A DNA stretch of 64,000 bases. Source: Antedon mediterranea. Lineage: Eukaryota > Animalia > Echinodermata. Each line of letters opens with the position of its first letter. Position 1 is the stretch's first letter. Under the pieces are notes generated by a model that saw only the letters and a list, made by a program, of their open reading frames with translations, had not been told where the DNA came from and made no database searches. A program made the translations under genes and the position numbers. The DNA lies in the NCBI RefSeq assembly GCF_964355755.1, contig NC_092673.1, positions 13,178,948 through 13,242,947 of the forward strand. Direction: 5' to 3'. Below, in pieces: positions 13,472 to 26,736 of the stretch.

Positions 13472-14492
13472 GTAACAAATGCAAGAAATTGAAATATTTC
13501 TTCAAACAATCAATTTCATTATTTCTGAAATGAATTGACGTTATAATTTCATTTGTAAGTAAATTGTGCAAAATAAAATTAACAATTTATCTTCATTATC
13601 ACTGTCATCTTGGACAAAACAATTTAATTATTAATGATTTATCCATGTTATAACAAACTTTTGAAACAAATGCAAGAATTTGGTATTTTAAAAATTATGT
13701 TGATGATAATCACTGCTGTTTAATGGAAAATCACTTAATTGAGATTTCAGACTAGGCGGAGTTGTAATGACCAGAATAGCCGCCCATACACGACGGCAAA
13801 ATTGCTTGCACGCGCGCGCACACTGCTGCTGTGTCATCAAAAACCACCCATCTCCTCTCCTCTCTCTCTCTGATCCTCCACGTCGTACACCACGCGCGCA
13901 CCACCACATGTTGTCCGAAGAGAAACTTTCGTATCAAAGAACAAAATTGACACAAACCATCCAAACAGTACGTACCAAACATTGGACAAATATGGTACCT
14001 CGTCTACGGCTGCTACGATCTTACAAGAAACATTTCCATTTCAACGACGCAAATTAACAGTAATCAAAATAGGCCTAGGCCCTAGTAGGCCTAGAGGCGG
14101 ATATTTGACACAAAAAGAAGACGGTACCTCGTTCCTACGGCCGGCTGCTAAAACAGTGCTAGGAAGGAGGGTCCGTGTGGGTATCAATCAGTATCATCAG
14201 CATCATTAATAATTAATACAGCTGGAGCGCCTGCTGGAATCAAATCAAAAAGACTTCGCTGGTTTTGCTTGGTACCTAGGCCTAGACGAAATATGTATTC
14301 AATCCACTCATCAGAACAGTCTACTGTATTATCTATTAATATGAACAAACACCTGAGCTAAAGCTGTGATTTAATAACGACAAGGATGGTTCGAAGATGA
14401 ATCAATGTAGGCCTAGGATTGAATTAAAAAGAAATTTAATTTCTTTTAAACCACAATCACATATATAGAGGTAAGTGAAAGAATCATTTTAA

Positions 14493-15052
14493 AGATGTAT
14501 TGTCCCTTTGACTAATTCCCAAAAAAAATTAAAATAAAAGATTTCGAAAAAAGGTGGCTTATTTTGAAGTATCATAATAATTATTAACTAGGCTAGGCCT
14601 ATCACCAAAACATTTTTGAAAAAAAAATAATTTAACTGAAATACAGACGTTTTTTTGTTAAAAAAATAACTTTGACTTCCAGTCAAAGTTTTCGATAAAA
14701 TCATATCCCATAATGAAATGCGCTTGTTAGGCTACTCTGTATGCATAATAATAAAAACTTCCTTAAGATCTGTGTGAAAATACCTTCTCAACCGTAACAA
14801 GTTGTAATCATTCCTAATTAACGTATGCATAATGCGTACTCATGGTTTGAAATCTTTGTTTACTTTCGCTCGCGACGATTTTCCAGATGAAAATGTAATC
14901 AAACTAATTTACCTGTTAATTACGTAAACTTGTTGTTTTTAGCTCGAATTTTCGACTTAAAGTGAATAACTTTAATATTACTTTGATATGGCCACTTTAA
15001 ATTTAGAATATTTTGACCTTCATTTTTTTGTGTTTCAAGGGACAATACATCT
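14493..15052. mobile_element. Non-autonomous TTAA-target element (Kolobok-type MITE)
   Basis: Perfect 16-bp TIR AGATGTATTGTCCCTT / AAGGGACAATACATCT, with TTAA on both sides (14489-14492 and 15053-15056). Confidence 0.8.
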
Positions 15053-16554
15053 TTAAAACAAAATATGATTAAATTTGGATAATTATTACTAAAGATATCG
15101 CAATATCAAGTGTTGTCTAATGTAACCCGATATCTTTTTTAATTAGGGTCAACGGTGCGGTTCTCGGGCGATTAGCAAATAAATGATTGTAATTATCCTT
15201 TTTAGTAAGAACTGATATATTTTATATATATTATTATAAATAAAATATATAGGCCTATTGCGTATATTTTATAAATAGTTTGTAGAAAAATGAAATGAAG
15301 CGAGGGTATTTTGCGGTCAAATCTCGGGCGCCGTAATTCATTCTCGGGCATTTCTGGTTGTTATCTCAGGCGCCCTATATTTTATAGGTTTATACGACGT
15401 TGATAAGGTAATTAAAGCTGCTTTCACATTGTGCCCGGATTCGAACGGCGCCGTGAGAAAATATCGCGAGCGTTGAGCGCGCTTTCACATCGAGCACAAA
15501 TTCGGTTGTTCGTGTCACGTACGTTTATTTTGAATTCAACCAAGTGGAACGAGCATTGCAATTTTTGCAAGGGAAATCGATCTTGCAATGCTACTGTAAG
15601 CCTTTGGCTAAACAAAAAAAAGCGAACGAAAATGGGTCAACAAAAAAAGAAAGACGCATTGTCGGTTCGAAACTTTAGTCAAAGAGGATCCTGAAGTGGA
15701 TCCTGACAAATTTTTCAATTTCTTTAGGTAAGTCTCTATGCTAACTAACCTACCTGTTGAGTGTGTGTGTGGATGAACTTAATTATCAATTAGAATCCGT
15801 CAATTGCAACAATATGTCATGAGTTAGTTTTTTCCGTTATTTTTGTTACTGAGTATGATTTTCAATTTGTTTAAAATTTCGAATGCAAAAAAGTGCTCAA
15901 CGAATTAGTACGATCAGTTCCCAAATAATAGCCTACGGGCCTGACATAGGCCCTAGCAGTAGGCCTGTAATGGTATTTAGCCTAGGTACACACCGTTACG
16001 CAACATTTCGATGATATGAATTTTATGACTAAAGGCCTATGCATTTTTTAACTTAAAACCAATTTGTATTATATTAGTTAGTTATATAATAATTATAATA
16101 ATAAATTACTAGTCTAATGAATAGTTGAATGAAAACAAAAATGATTTGAGTTTGTTGCGTTAAGTTCTTTGTTAAGGTTCCCTTGTTAGTTAGGCCTAAC
16201 GTTTTTCAAACTTGTTTATGACATGTATATGGGCCTGTGTTATACATTGTGTTTCAATGGAAGGAAATAAATGAATGAACAGGGTAGACGATTAGGCCTG
16301 CAATGTCATAACACCTATTATTGTAGGCCATATAAAATTACAACTTGTCTGACTGACTTACTGCATTCATCATTTTTGTTATGTTTGGTGTATTCTCTTC
16401 CAATTCTGGTTCCCTATTTTACAACTACAAGGGAACCTACTCCATTGTGTTAATGGTCTTAGTAGATGCCAATTACAATTTTATCTGTGAAGACGTTGGA
16501 AATGGCTATGGTTCTAGCAGTGATAAAGGTATTTTCTCTAGAATGCAATTAAAA

Positions 16555-18549
16555 TAGGTATCCCAATGTAAAATTTCAAATTAATGATGGTACTTTTTCT
16601 TTCAGTTATTCAATAGGAACTTACTGAACATAAACTTTTGCAATTTAAATGATTGAAATCGGATTATCCATTCAAAAGTTATCGTCCGTTGAAGTTGCTA
16701 AAAAACGATGATTTTTGGTTGAAAAATGGCATTTTCTCCAATTATATTTGGAACCATTTTTGAAGGGTTATAACTTTTATATTAATAACTTGAAAGTTCT
16801 AATTTTTTCTAAACCCATAGATACCACAGAGTTGTACAAGACTATTTTTTTTGGGGGGGTCCTTGAAATTTTGTTTGGAGATATCGCCCTCCAAAATTGG
16901 TCTTAGGGCTTTTTGCGCTAATTTTTTCCAAATGTCTCAAAAATGCTCAAAAAGTTCCTGTCTTTAAATGATTTGTAACTTTTGAACCAGTGTATGAATT
17001 GAATTCTTTTTTTTTGCATTGCATAGCATGTAATATGTATTTTAGTAAGATTATTTATATTGACGGGTAGGTATTTCTGAAATACAACATAAATATTGTT
17101 AAAAAATGTTAAAATGTAAAAAAATATATATTGTGTTAAAAAACTGTGTGGCTATTGTTTCTTTTTTTAAAAATATTATTTTTCGTAAGTATATTTTTTT
17201 TTTTAATTCTAGAATTTAAATTTTTAATTATAATCATAAATATTATTTTAATTGATTTTCGAATTAATTAGAATTAAGCCCGTGCTTATTATGCGTTCGA
17301 TTCCATTCCGGGCGTAAACTCGGCCGCGCCTACAAACAAGTTAAGTTTTATATAGGCCTCTAGGCCTAAAACCACTAAATTCTGCCGAAGAAATATCGGG
17401 AGGAAAGCAGACGAATTTAAAGTTAAGTAATTACTTGAATAGTATATATTAATATGTTTAATTTTATTTCCTTTTCAAATATTCTAACCGTAAGGTGCAC
17501 TTTAAATTGAAATACGGAATCACGTTTAGGCCAAGATACAGCGTATACATATAACGGCAACCCTGTCAAAAGCGCCTTTCGGCCGCCTACATATAATGGG
17601 TTACGGCCGCTGCATAGCAAATTTAAAGCTTCTTAAATTCCTTCGGTACATTTATTCCTAACGTACTTGCTTTATATAGTAGCTTGATAAATACTCCACT
17701 TATTAAATACTTTAATAAATCGGTAAAATTGACGTTTTGAAGCAAATATTCCATGAGAAGCGACATTCTTCGCCATGCCTCGTGTGCAGGAAAGACTAGT
17801 TCCGAAAATGGAACAGTCGACTGCGGGGGTATCCAATCATAATTTAACGCGCTAATACATGCATACCATGCAAATTGCCTGGGCGACGGTAATTTAGTAA
17901 TAAGCTGAGAACTGAATCCCCCTGCAAGGAAAATGGTAAATACTTTTATTTTCGATAGGGATTATTTTCTTAAGTGGTTGGTCTTGTTGGCCTCTTCGCA
18001 CGACGACCACGCAAAGACAAATAAAACAATGTAGTTTATCAAACAGAAATATAAATTAGCTTCAATTCAATACTAAATTCCCCGGATTTTGATAATGAGA
18101 AAGACTCAAAAATTTAATTTTTATCGGAAAAATTGACATTTGAGGCGGATGTATATAATAATAATAACCGATTTACATATCAAAATAAAGAGTATTTAAA
18201 GCCTGATAACATGCAACAAAAATTACTCCACCACCTATTATGGTCGCCGAGCGATCGTGTTTTGAAAATGGGTAGGTGTTTTCCGAAGTTATTTTTAGCA
18301 CGCGGATTTTGGCTCGCCGGCTTTTGTACCTCCTTTTTAACTCGTGTTTTCTATTAAAATATTTAATAAACATAGATTAAAAATATATAGAAATAAAATC
18401 TTAAACAAGATCTTTCTAGACATATACATTTTATTCACATGGCTATATAAGAAATAGTATATTTTTAACTTCAAAGACATGTCACTTTTTGAAATTTCAC
18501 AAACGTGTTAAAATCGCCATAACGAAAATCCGCTTCATTGGGATACCTA
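16555..18549. mobile_element. 2-kb non-autonomous TIR element inserted in the Harbinger transposase
   Basis: Perfect 14-bp TIR TAGGTATCCCAATG / CATTGGGATACCTA. Target ATTAAAA is duplicated (the right copy follows a CAGTA extra). Removing the element restores the frame MQLKIALEEN. Confidence 0.85.
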
Positions 18550-19138
18550 CAGTAATTAAAAATTGCTTTAGAAGAAAATACTTTATAGGTATACAACCAC
18601 CTAAAGTTTTACTAGATATGCCAGAGTTGGGTCCAGTGCCCCATGTGATTGTAGGGGACGAAGCATTCCCTCTCAAAACAAACATCATGAGACCATACCC
18701 AGGTAAAGAAGACAGACTGATTTTTATTATATTATTTATTATCCTGGCCAACAAGTTTCGCATTTTCCATCGTAAGCTGGAGATGAAGCCGGCCAATGTG
18801 GACAAAGTTGTACTGTGTGCAACAGTCCTGCATATTTTTATACGTAAACCGGTGCCAGCACCAATGGTGGTAGATGATCCAGATATATCATCAATAGAAT
18901 CAGTAGAAGGCCTACTCAGTTTTGAGCACAGAGGGTTCCACAGTAGCAAAGACACTATTGACGTCCGAGAAAAACTGTGTAAATGGTTCAGTTCTGATGT
19001 CGGTATTGTCTCGTGGCAGGACCGTTTGTGTTTTGGTCATGCGGCAGCAAACTGAATAAAATATGCCAACCTAATCGAAAGTATACCAAACTGCAAGAAG
19101 TGTGCTACTACCGTATTTAATAATCAAATTATACTAGT

Positions 19139-19281
19139 AGATCTGTCTACACTATCAAACTAGTGTAAATTAAGAAACTGTGATGTGCCCAAATATGGTA
19201 GTGATATGAAGTCAACATGTCCATATATGGGCATATCACATTATTTTTTGTCACATAAAGTTTGATAGTGTAGACAGAGCT
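19139..19281. mobile_element. Small MITE (Harbinger-like termini)
   Basis: 23-bp TIR AGATCTGTCTACACTATCAAACT / AGTTTGATAGTGTAGACAGAGCT with one mismatch. Confidence 0.75.
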
Positions 19282-19291
19282 CAGTCTCAAT

Positions 19292-19800
19292 CTAAAAAAT
19301 CGCATCGCTAATAACCTTTTTAATTTGGACCTGTTTCACCTTCGGGAAGGTTTCGACAGTTTTGAATGCAGATTCAAATAAATATGCTAATGCATTCTTC
19401 TTCCCTGCCTTTTTCCCTGAAAAATAATCAATTATTACAGCATTCACTTCATTTTTTACTAATTTCCTTTTTGTGGGAGTATGGTTTGGTTTTGAAGTAA
19501 GTCTGGGAATCATTGTCACCCTCATTAATAACAATTTCAGATGATGTTCCTTCTTGTTCCTTGTCTTGAATAACCTCACCATCCAATATAGTAGTGAGAA
19601 GTTTCTCGCAATCATCTGGCAAATTGAAATTACCGGTGCTTCTGTAAAACATTAAAAGCAAATGATCAAGGTTATTTTCAAATTGAACAAATACATGCCG
19701 CTCTGTGCATCCTCCATCTGTTCTCACTATATAATCAGTCAGATAGTTTTGGTGTAAAATTGATGTGAACACTCACATTAATCTTAGATGGTATTTAACC
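19292..19800 (-). pseudogene. C-terminal part of the Harbinger accessory (MADF/BESS-like) gene
   Basis: Convergent to the transposase. Low-complexity linker followed by LFESAFKTVETFPKVKQVQIKKVISDAIF (BESS-like). Frameshifted. Confidence 0.5.
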
Positions 19801-20204
19801 TGAAATAAGGGGATGTTTATTAAATAAAAATGTTACAAGCAATACTGTTTGGATAATTTGATACAGTTTCTCTTATATTTATAGATACAGCTTTAATAAA
19901 GATGTTTTATAGAACACAATGTAAATAAATTTTGCCATATTTTTTTTTGTCCATGCTACTACAGCATTTTTTAAACAATTTATCCAATCCAAGTACATCA
20001 TCAATCATTGACCAACAAAATGTGTTTACGTGTAAAGAGTTGCATCTATACAGTCAAACAATTGCGAAAAGTCAAGCTTAATTTTACTGTTTTATAGACA
20101 TAATTTAATACATACCGTATTATTCCTAATAAACGCCCCTTCCCCAATTAACGCCTTCATTTTTTGTTAATTTTCTAATTAAGGCACCTTAGTGCCCAAT
20201 CTAT

Positions 20205-20565
20205 ATAAACAGAGGATTCTCACGTTTAGAATTGGTTCCATTTTTCAGCAACTGTGATAATGATTCGCAAAAATGATGCACTCCGTTTTTTGTGGGTGCA
20301 TGGATAATTTATTTTCAACCAACCAGTTATTGCATACTTCCATATTATGCCCTAGTTTATTGGAAATATATACTGGGTCACGGTGGGCCACCAACATTGC
20401 GCTATCATCAGCGTATAATAACAATTTACAGTCATTTTCAATGCATATTGACATATCATTAATGTAACATATAAACAGAAGCGGACCTAATATGCTACCT
20501 TGTGGAACTCCATGTGTACAAAGTTTGGGTTTTGAAAAAGTTTCATCGATACAAACAATCTGTCT
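20205..20565 (-). mobile_element. LINE RT fragment (L2/Crack-type)
   Basis: GVPQGSILGPLLFICYINDMS...LLLYADDSA...NWLVENKLSMHPQKTE. Confidence 0.85.
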
Positions 20566-20823
20566 TATTAATATAATAAATAATATGTATTATGTATAGT
20601 ATAACTATTATATCATTATAATCTTCTTGTTTTACAACAGATGAGATTTGACAAACTGAAATGATTTTAAACAACAAAACAACACATATAACACAACAGG
20701 CACAAAACATTACTATATCAATTTACCAGCATATAGATATATATTCTAAACCACCCGCTGATGTACTGAAAATTTAATTATTTAATTTAAAACAATAAAG
20801 CTAAGAAAATCTGTGAGAATGAG

Positions 20824-20870
20824 AATACACTGAGGAAAGGCTAGTGTTGCCTGAAAGCTTTGCAATTTAT
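20824..20870 (+). ncRNA. Penelope-type minimal hammerhead ribozyme-like motif
   Basis: CTGAGGA, then stem II AGGC-TAGTGTT-GCCT, then GAAA and palindromic AAGCTT. Short imperfect stem I TACA/TGCA. Confidence 0.6.
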
Positions 20871-21389
20871 TTCTGGATTGATTTAGTTTTTTGCTTACTT
20901 TATCTGTATCATTGGTAACCAAAAGCATTGTCATTTTTTTAGTAATTTGCCTTTGGAGTTATATATATATAATTTACAAATGAAACATTAAAACTGTTTT
21001 TAAATTTACAACATAATTATTAAATTTGAACAACATAAACAAGTTTTTTTATCTAACATGATAATTACATTTGAAGAACAGAGTGTAAACACATTTTGAT
21101 TTTTTGGAATTTGAACTTTTGTTTGCTTACAAAGAATAAGTTTAGCAATGGATAAATTGTAAACAAAAATAAAAACAAAACTAAGTAAAAGAGTGAAAGA
21201 GCAACACTCAAAACTAATCATCCTATTCAACTATAAGGTCACCACGCCTCATGTTGGGTCAACCGGCTCAGCTTCAGTGATTCAGTTCACTTAGGTTGAC
21301 CCTGTTCTCCCCATTTTCAGTTTTTTTTGTTATGTATATACTCAAATAGACCAAATAAATAATGAAATGAAATGTCAGGTACTACCGCG

Positions 21390-21950
21390 TCAATGTCCAT
21401 AAAAAACTCTGTGTCTTGCTGGCTTTTATATATACGCCTCCATCCACTTTGTCCAATAATCCCCGACTACTAACACGTACTTCATGTACCGGAAATGGCC
21501 CAAGAATGTCCATTGCAACTCTTACTAGTTTCTTCAAAACTTCTCGACAATCCATCTGCATTTCCGTGTTTGTTTCCGGGTCTGTGAATTATGATAAACT
21601 CGTACTCACTAATCACTTCGAACCAGCGGGCCAATTGTCCCTCTGGATTTTAAAAATTAAGTATAGCCAACAGAGTGAAGCATGGTCAGTCCGGATAGTA
21701 ATCTTTCTCCTGTACAAGTATTGTTGGAAATATTTCAGGAAATACACAGGAGCTAAAATCTCTCGCCTGGTAACACAATAATTTTGTTCAGCCTTACTAA
21801 GAGTTTTACTACCATATGCCATTACTCGTTCTTCCCCGTTCTGAATTTGAGACAGGACACCTCCGATTCCATAGTTACTCGCGTCCGTGTCTAATATGAA
21901 TTCCCGTTCATAGTCTGGATATGCATGGATCAGGGATTGTTGTAATTTTT
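21390..21950 (-). mobile_element. Ty3/Gypsy pol fragment (RNase H)
   Basis: EFILDTDASNYGIGGVLSQ...AYGSKTLSKAEQNYCVTRREIL...TIRTDHASL. Confidence 0.9.
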
Positions 21951-22074
21951 GTTTTAAAGTCCGGAATGGTTCGTGTTGCGTTTTACCCCGAAAAAAATAT
22001 TTGGATTATATACAGGTAGGCCTATCTGGTTCATTTCGTTCCATCCGAATTCTACTGGCAACCCCCTCTCACTG

Positions 22075-22585
22075 GCAACCTTCCCCTGGGTCTTGGGGTT
22101 GGCTGTATCTGCCATACCCACCATAAGGTGTAGACCACAGAAGAATTTATGTAGTTTTGTCAACTTCTCTTGAACTTCTTCATATAAGTGATTCCAGTTA
22201 TCTACATACAGGGGCAAACACTCTGAAATTTATGTTCGGTTTTCGCTCGATCAGACATTGTTGAGTGAATTTTGGTAAGAATTTTGAACCCAGAATTGTC
22301 TGTGCTGCTGATATGTGAGCATGTGTGATTGATATCTTTTAATGTGTCTAATGTTGTCTGTGATGCTTTGTCCACCATTTGGCACATACCCAATTGGTAA
22401 GAATCCTGGTTATCGGTATCAACTATGAAAGCTACATAGCATTGCCCAAATGTTGGAGTCTCATCCGTTTGCAAACTTAAGTTCTCAACAGACGACAATT
22501 CATTACATTGAGATTGTGCAACACACAGCATCTCATCGACCATGACCCTAACTGTACTTGCTGCTGGAACTTTATCAAATTTCTT
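22075..22585 (-). mobile_element. Fragment of a divergent hAT-like DDE transposase
   Basis: LQTDETP, HSTMSDRA and FFCGLHLMVGMA, in the same motif order as 33162..35745. Confidence 0.65.
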
Positions 22586-22589
22586 TTTT

Positions 22590-22880
22590 GGGAGTAAACT
22601 ATCCCCCGCCGGACACCATCCTGGTATTTCAAAACGCAGTTTCGGGGCTAACAACATAATATACTATAGGCACATGCCTATACTCCTTTTTTCTTTTTTT
22701 TTTGTGGTGTAAAACTATCCCCCATCGGACACCATCCCGGTAATTTCTAGATTCAGTTTCGGGGCTAACAACATAAATAATTATTCTACAAATAGGCACA
22801 TGTCTGTACTCCTTTTTTTTTTGTTGAGTAAAACTATTCCCCGCTGGAAACCATCCCGGTATTTCTAGACATAGTTTCAG
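22590..22880. repeat. Tandem repeat, about 117-bp unit, about 2.5 copies
   Basis: AAACTATCCCC...CCATCCYGGTA...GTTTCGGGGCTAACAACAT recurs near 22597, 22711 and 22830. Confidence 0.8.
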
Positions 22881-23049
22881 GGTGCGGTGGGGCATTTCAA
22901 TTGCAAAATCTACATACTTTCTTTCCATCTATGGTCACAAACCATCCTTAGCATTCGCACTTTCTTCTTTCGGTTATCAACCCTTCTGTGCTAACAATGG
23001 CCCTCTGCCCATGAAGGTTAAACACCAGCCTAAGTTTTTCAACATTATC

Positions 23050-24480
23050 TCAAACAGGGGGATACGGCCTTGAATCAGAATTTACTTGTTCATGTAGGGA
23101 TTGAATCCCGTGCTCTGATAACCGGCCCAATGATCTGAATGCCACTGCACATTCTGGCATGTGCGCTATTAAATGTGTAATTTTAGTGGTATTGTTTGCT
23201 CCTTGAAAGACGTTGCAGAAAAAAATACCCAGTGACCAACAGCTCTGACATACATCGTCAATGATTTCCTGACTCAAAAAGGTTGCATTGGTGTAGTTAA
23301 AAATATGCCGCAATTTAGAGGACAACTCACAGTACCACTGGTGGTCTGGAAGTCAGCTATTGCCTCGAGTAGTCTTGATCAGTTGTCCAATAACTTTTTG
23401 CAATCGTTTCCCACGAAGCACTGAGAGTGGTGGGCTTGTTTTTTTATGTGAAGCTCCCTATCCAAAATAGCATTGAGTAACTTTTCTCATGGGTCGATCA
23501 CATTCTTTGATTTTATCGTATACAACTTCTAATTTCATTGTATATCCCTTCATTCTCTATAATTTTTTTGTTTTGTTTCCTCTATCCCCTCATCACAACT
23601 ATCACATCGTACCCACGAGATATCTCCTGTCAAAACACCTTTCATCTTGTTCCTTTCAAGAGCACAAGCAGCTATGGAACACGCATCGGAAAGTCTATTT
23701 CCTCTTTTTTTGTCTTTAGACTTTTGAAATCCCTCCAGTAATAAGGTCTGGTACTCCAAATTCGCCTTCATAACCTCAACCTGTTCTTGACACTCATTTA
23801 ACTGTACAGTCTTCAACCACAACTCTTCGAATTCTGGTATATTGTCAGCATTCTCTGTGCCGTCTGCCTTTTGAGCCACCATTTTAATTTGCTTATAAAA
23901 TCGGACTGTAAATCCAAGCATTGTGTGCAACACAGGAGGCACAACATGTATTATGTCACTGCAAATCGGAAGTATCGGTTCTCCAAAAACAGACTCTTCT
24001 TCTTTGTGTCGCCTTTGTTACGGGTGTCTAATTTGCAGTTGAGGTGGTCTTCTCACCTGATGTCCTTTCGGCTGGGTACCACTCCTTGTTGTCAATCTAT
24101 GATGAACCATCTTTTGTAGGTAATTTGGGAGAATGTTGCTCAATAGTTTGTTTATTTGCAGCTCTGTACAGATCATCATGGTGGACAAAACACCACAGAC
24201 AGGGGAAGGTAGATACCGGTCTAAGGTGGCCCAGGATTTTAGTTGGCCATTCATAGTCTCCGAAGACAAATACCCGGACTGGCTTTTCACATCCCCTTAT
24301 CTGTAGTGTTGACTGCTGCTGCAAATGAACGAACTGGTGAGTTTACACACCAAACACCTTCTGCATGTTCTACCGTAATAGCTGTCGTAGGCTTCGTACA
24401 TTCCCAGGATTCCTGTTGTGGTTGCCTAGTTTGGCTTGGTCACATTGACAACTTGCGCAACCAACTTAGTTGATGGACTA
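23050..24480 (-). mobile_element. Degenerate RAG1-core-like (Transib/Chapaev-type) transposase with an internal PHD-like finger
   Basis: In order across frameshifts: VFGDYE...FPCLWC, PPVLHTMLG, C..C...WVRCDSC, FVGNDCKKLL, THLIAH and LSEHGIQSLH. Confidence 0.7.
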
Positions 24481-26299
24481 TTGAGAAATTAGCTTAAGTT
24501 TGATAGTTAGGAATGACAACATTTTATTGAATAACATCCCTAAATTAACAATATCTACGCCAAAAGCGACACTAATTATGATTATTGAACACTAAAAAGC
24601 ATTTAAGGTCGGAATAGTTAATGCTTACGGACAATATTATATTCATAAAAAGTAGTGTAATAATGCTTGCCTTTCGACTCTCTGTACAATTGTCGTTCGC
24701 TAGCAAGTACCGGAATACCATGGTTTGTAATATAAGTTCTTAGCTGGCGTAGTTTCTGCATTGGCAGTCGTAGAGCTCACATGTGCTGAGCTCTAAAAAA
24801 TACAATGTAGTTGTTTCGATACCAAAACACCTTTTCATTTTTAATACTCACCACTCATTATATTCAATTCATGTTGTGGTTATTTTTTTTTTTAAACATA
24901 TTATTGTTTCCGATATTATTCCACATTAATTGATAATATTGAGGTTGTTAGCGAACTTTGATTGCTTTGAATTACAATGTCAAATCAGCACTGTATTGTA
25001 CTACGATGAATGGATGCATTGCTTTTTTCTTTTAACGATATCCTAAGGAGTAACTGGTACTTACATTACATTGGTGGTGAGTCCAGCTTGCTTCAATGCC
25101 TCAGAGGAAATTTGTGGATTTTGTTTGAAAAATGCAGACAGCGTCATAAGATCTTCGTCAGTTGATTTTTCCCGACAAGAGATAACTTCAAGTGCCTGCC
25201 GTAATTATATCGTCATTCATTATTTCGTTAAACAAAATGTTACAGTACACTTTCCTAATGCTGATTTACACTTTACTTTCGGTAATATTTCGATGTTTTT
25301 TAAAGATTAAAACGCATTTAATTGTTATGTTTAAAAGTGTCAAGAATCGCAACCGTATAAAGCTATTATATTTGTTTATTACCAATTGATACATTTGACC
25401 TAATTTACTGCATTGCATTGGCCACATTTTTTGTTATTTGCAATGCAAATTGAGAATTAAAAATAAATTACTGCCATAAAAGCGCTTAATGTCTATATGT
25501 AAAAGAAGAAAATCACCTGCTTCAATTCATTTGCTCTGCCGCAAAGAGTTTGATTACTGGCAACAGAACTTGGGTTGCTGGTGTCTGGTATAGTCAGCGG
25601 AAGTGATGATTCACTTCATTAACAGAAGTCCCTGTTTCGTATGTGATCCAGAACGCTGTTGGAAACATAATGAAAGCACTTTATTGCGTCTTGCCTGCTG
25701 TTCTTTCGAATCACATTTGACTACTAGGGCTTTTAAAAAAACCAATTGTACCTAATACGTTAAGGAGTAATACCCTGTAATATTCAATAAAAGATAGCAG
25801 AGAGAATTCCACTTCAAACCAACTTAACACGGAAACAAAGCAAGAGCTAACCTGACCACATGAGACTGGCTAATGGTTTTTTTTTTACACTTTTTCAAAA
25901 AATATTAAAATGTATTTATTTATTCGAATAAACTCCATAAATTCCCCATCCCCAATTAAAAATTAATGCCTCAGGACCTGTATTTTTTCCCCTAAATAAA
26001 TGCTCTACCACATGCATACACACAATATTACACATTAACACATTTCTATTTGTAACAGAATTCATTGACTTTTATAATCTACAATTTACTTACAAACAAT
26101 AAAAACCCCGGGGAATTTATTTGAATAAATACAATATATTTTTGTGAAGCAAATTTACATTGGATTGAAATAATTAATTCTATAACAATTAATTACACCT
26201 CATATACTGTATATATCAATAATATTTTCTTAACGAGTGTTAATAAATTCTTCTTTGTAAAGCATTCTCCTTTGTGAAGGGGTATGTGTGGTTACGCAT

Positions 26300-26600
26300 G
26301 CTCGTGTTGTTGGCACTGCTGCCTCATCTTGATCTACATCATCATTTCTTTCTTGGTCATCATCACCATCCATATTTATCATGGACCTAATGACACTCGT
26401 GATAAATTCAGAGAGTGATTTGCATTCTGGATTTTGTAGTTTGGATTTGTATATGACATACGCGTTGTACATAGCTATTTGCAATATATAACAAAAAAAA
26501 ACTTCTTCTTCCACTTGTAAATGGATAATATCCAATGCATTGATCCAGCTTATCTACACCATTCATGTGCGTGTTGTATAAATCACTTAAAAATCTGGCA
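26300..26600 (-). mobile_element. piggyBac transposase C-terminal fragment
   Basis: YNTHMNGVDKLDQCIGYY and FFCYILQIAMYNAYVIYK. About 110 bp is duplicated at about 27163-27270. Confidence 0.8.
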
Positions 26601-26736
26601 TAATTTAGTGTTTTTTGAACAACCAAAAAAATAATATACCACAGAATAAGAATAATATTTTGTTTAATCTTGCAATTTCGTACATATCACCTTACACAAT
26701 ATCATATCATATACAAAACAGGTCAACTCTTCTGCA

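Larger units (their letters stand above)
15416..19900 (+). mobile_element. Degenerate PIF/Harbinger transposon (HARBI1-like nuclease on +, convergent second gene on -)
   Basis: Left end TAA|AGCTGCTTTCACA. EVDPDKFFNFFR exon at about 15694-15728. PNSGSLFYNYKGTYSIVLMVLVDANYNF at about 16400-16550, resuming after an insertion as IVGDEAFPLKTNIMRPYPG (18550-19055). Right end not located. Confidence 0.85.

Noticed and set aside
22900-25900. ProtoRAG-type RAG1L-RAG2L pair
   Set aside because: I found no kelch/RAG2-like frame or RSS-like TIRs around the RAG1-like fragment.
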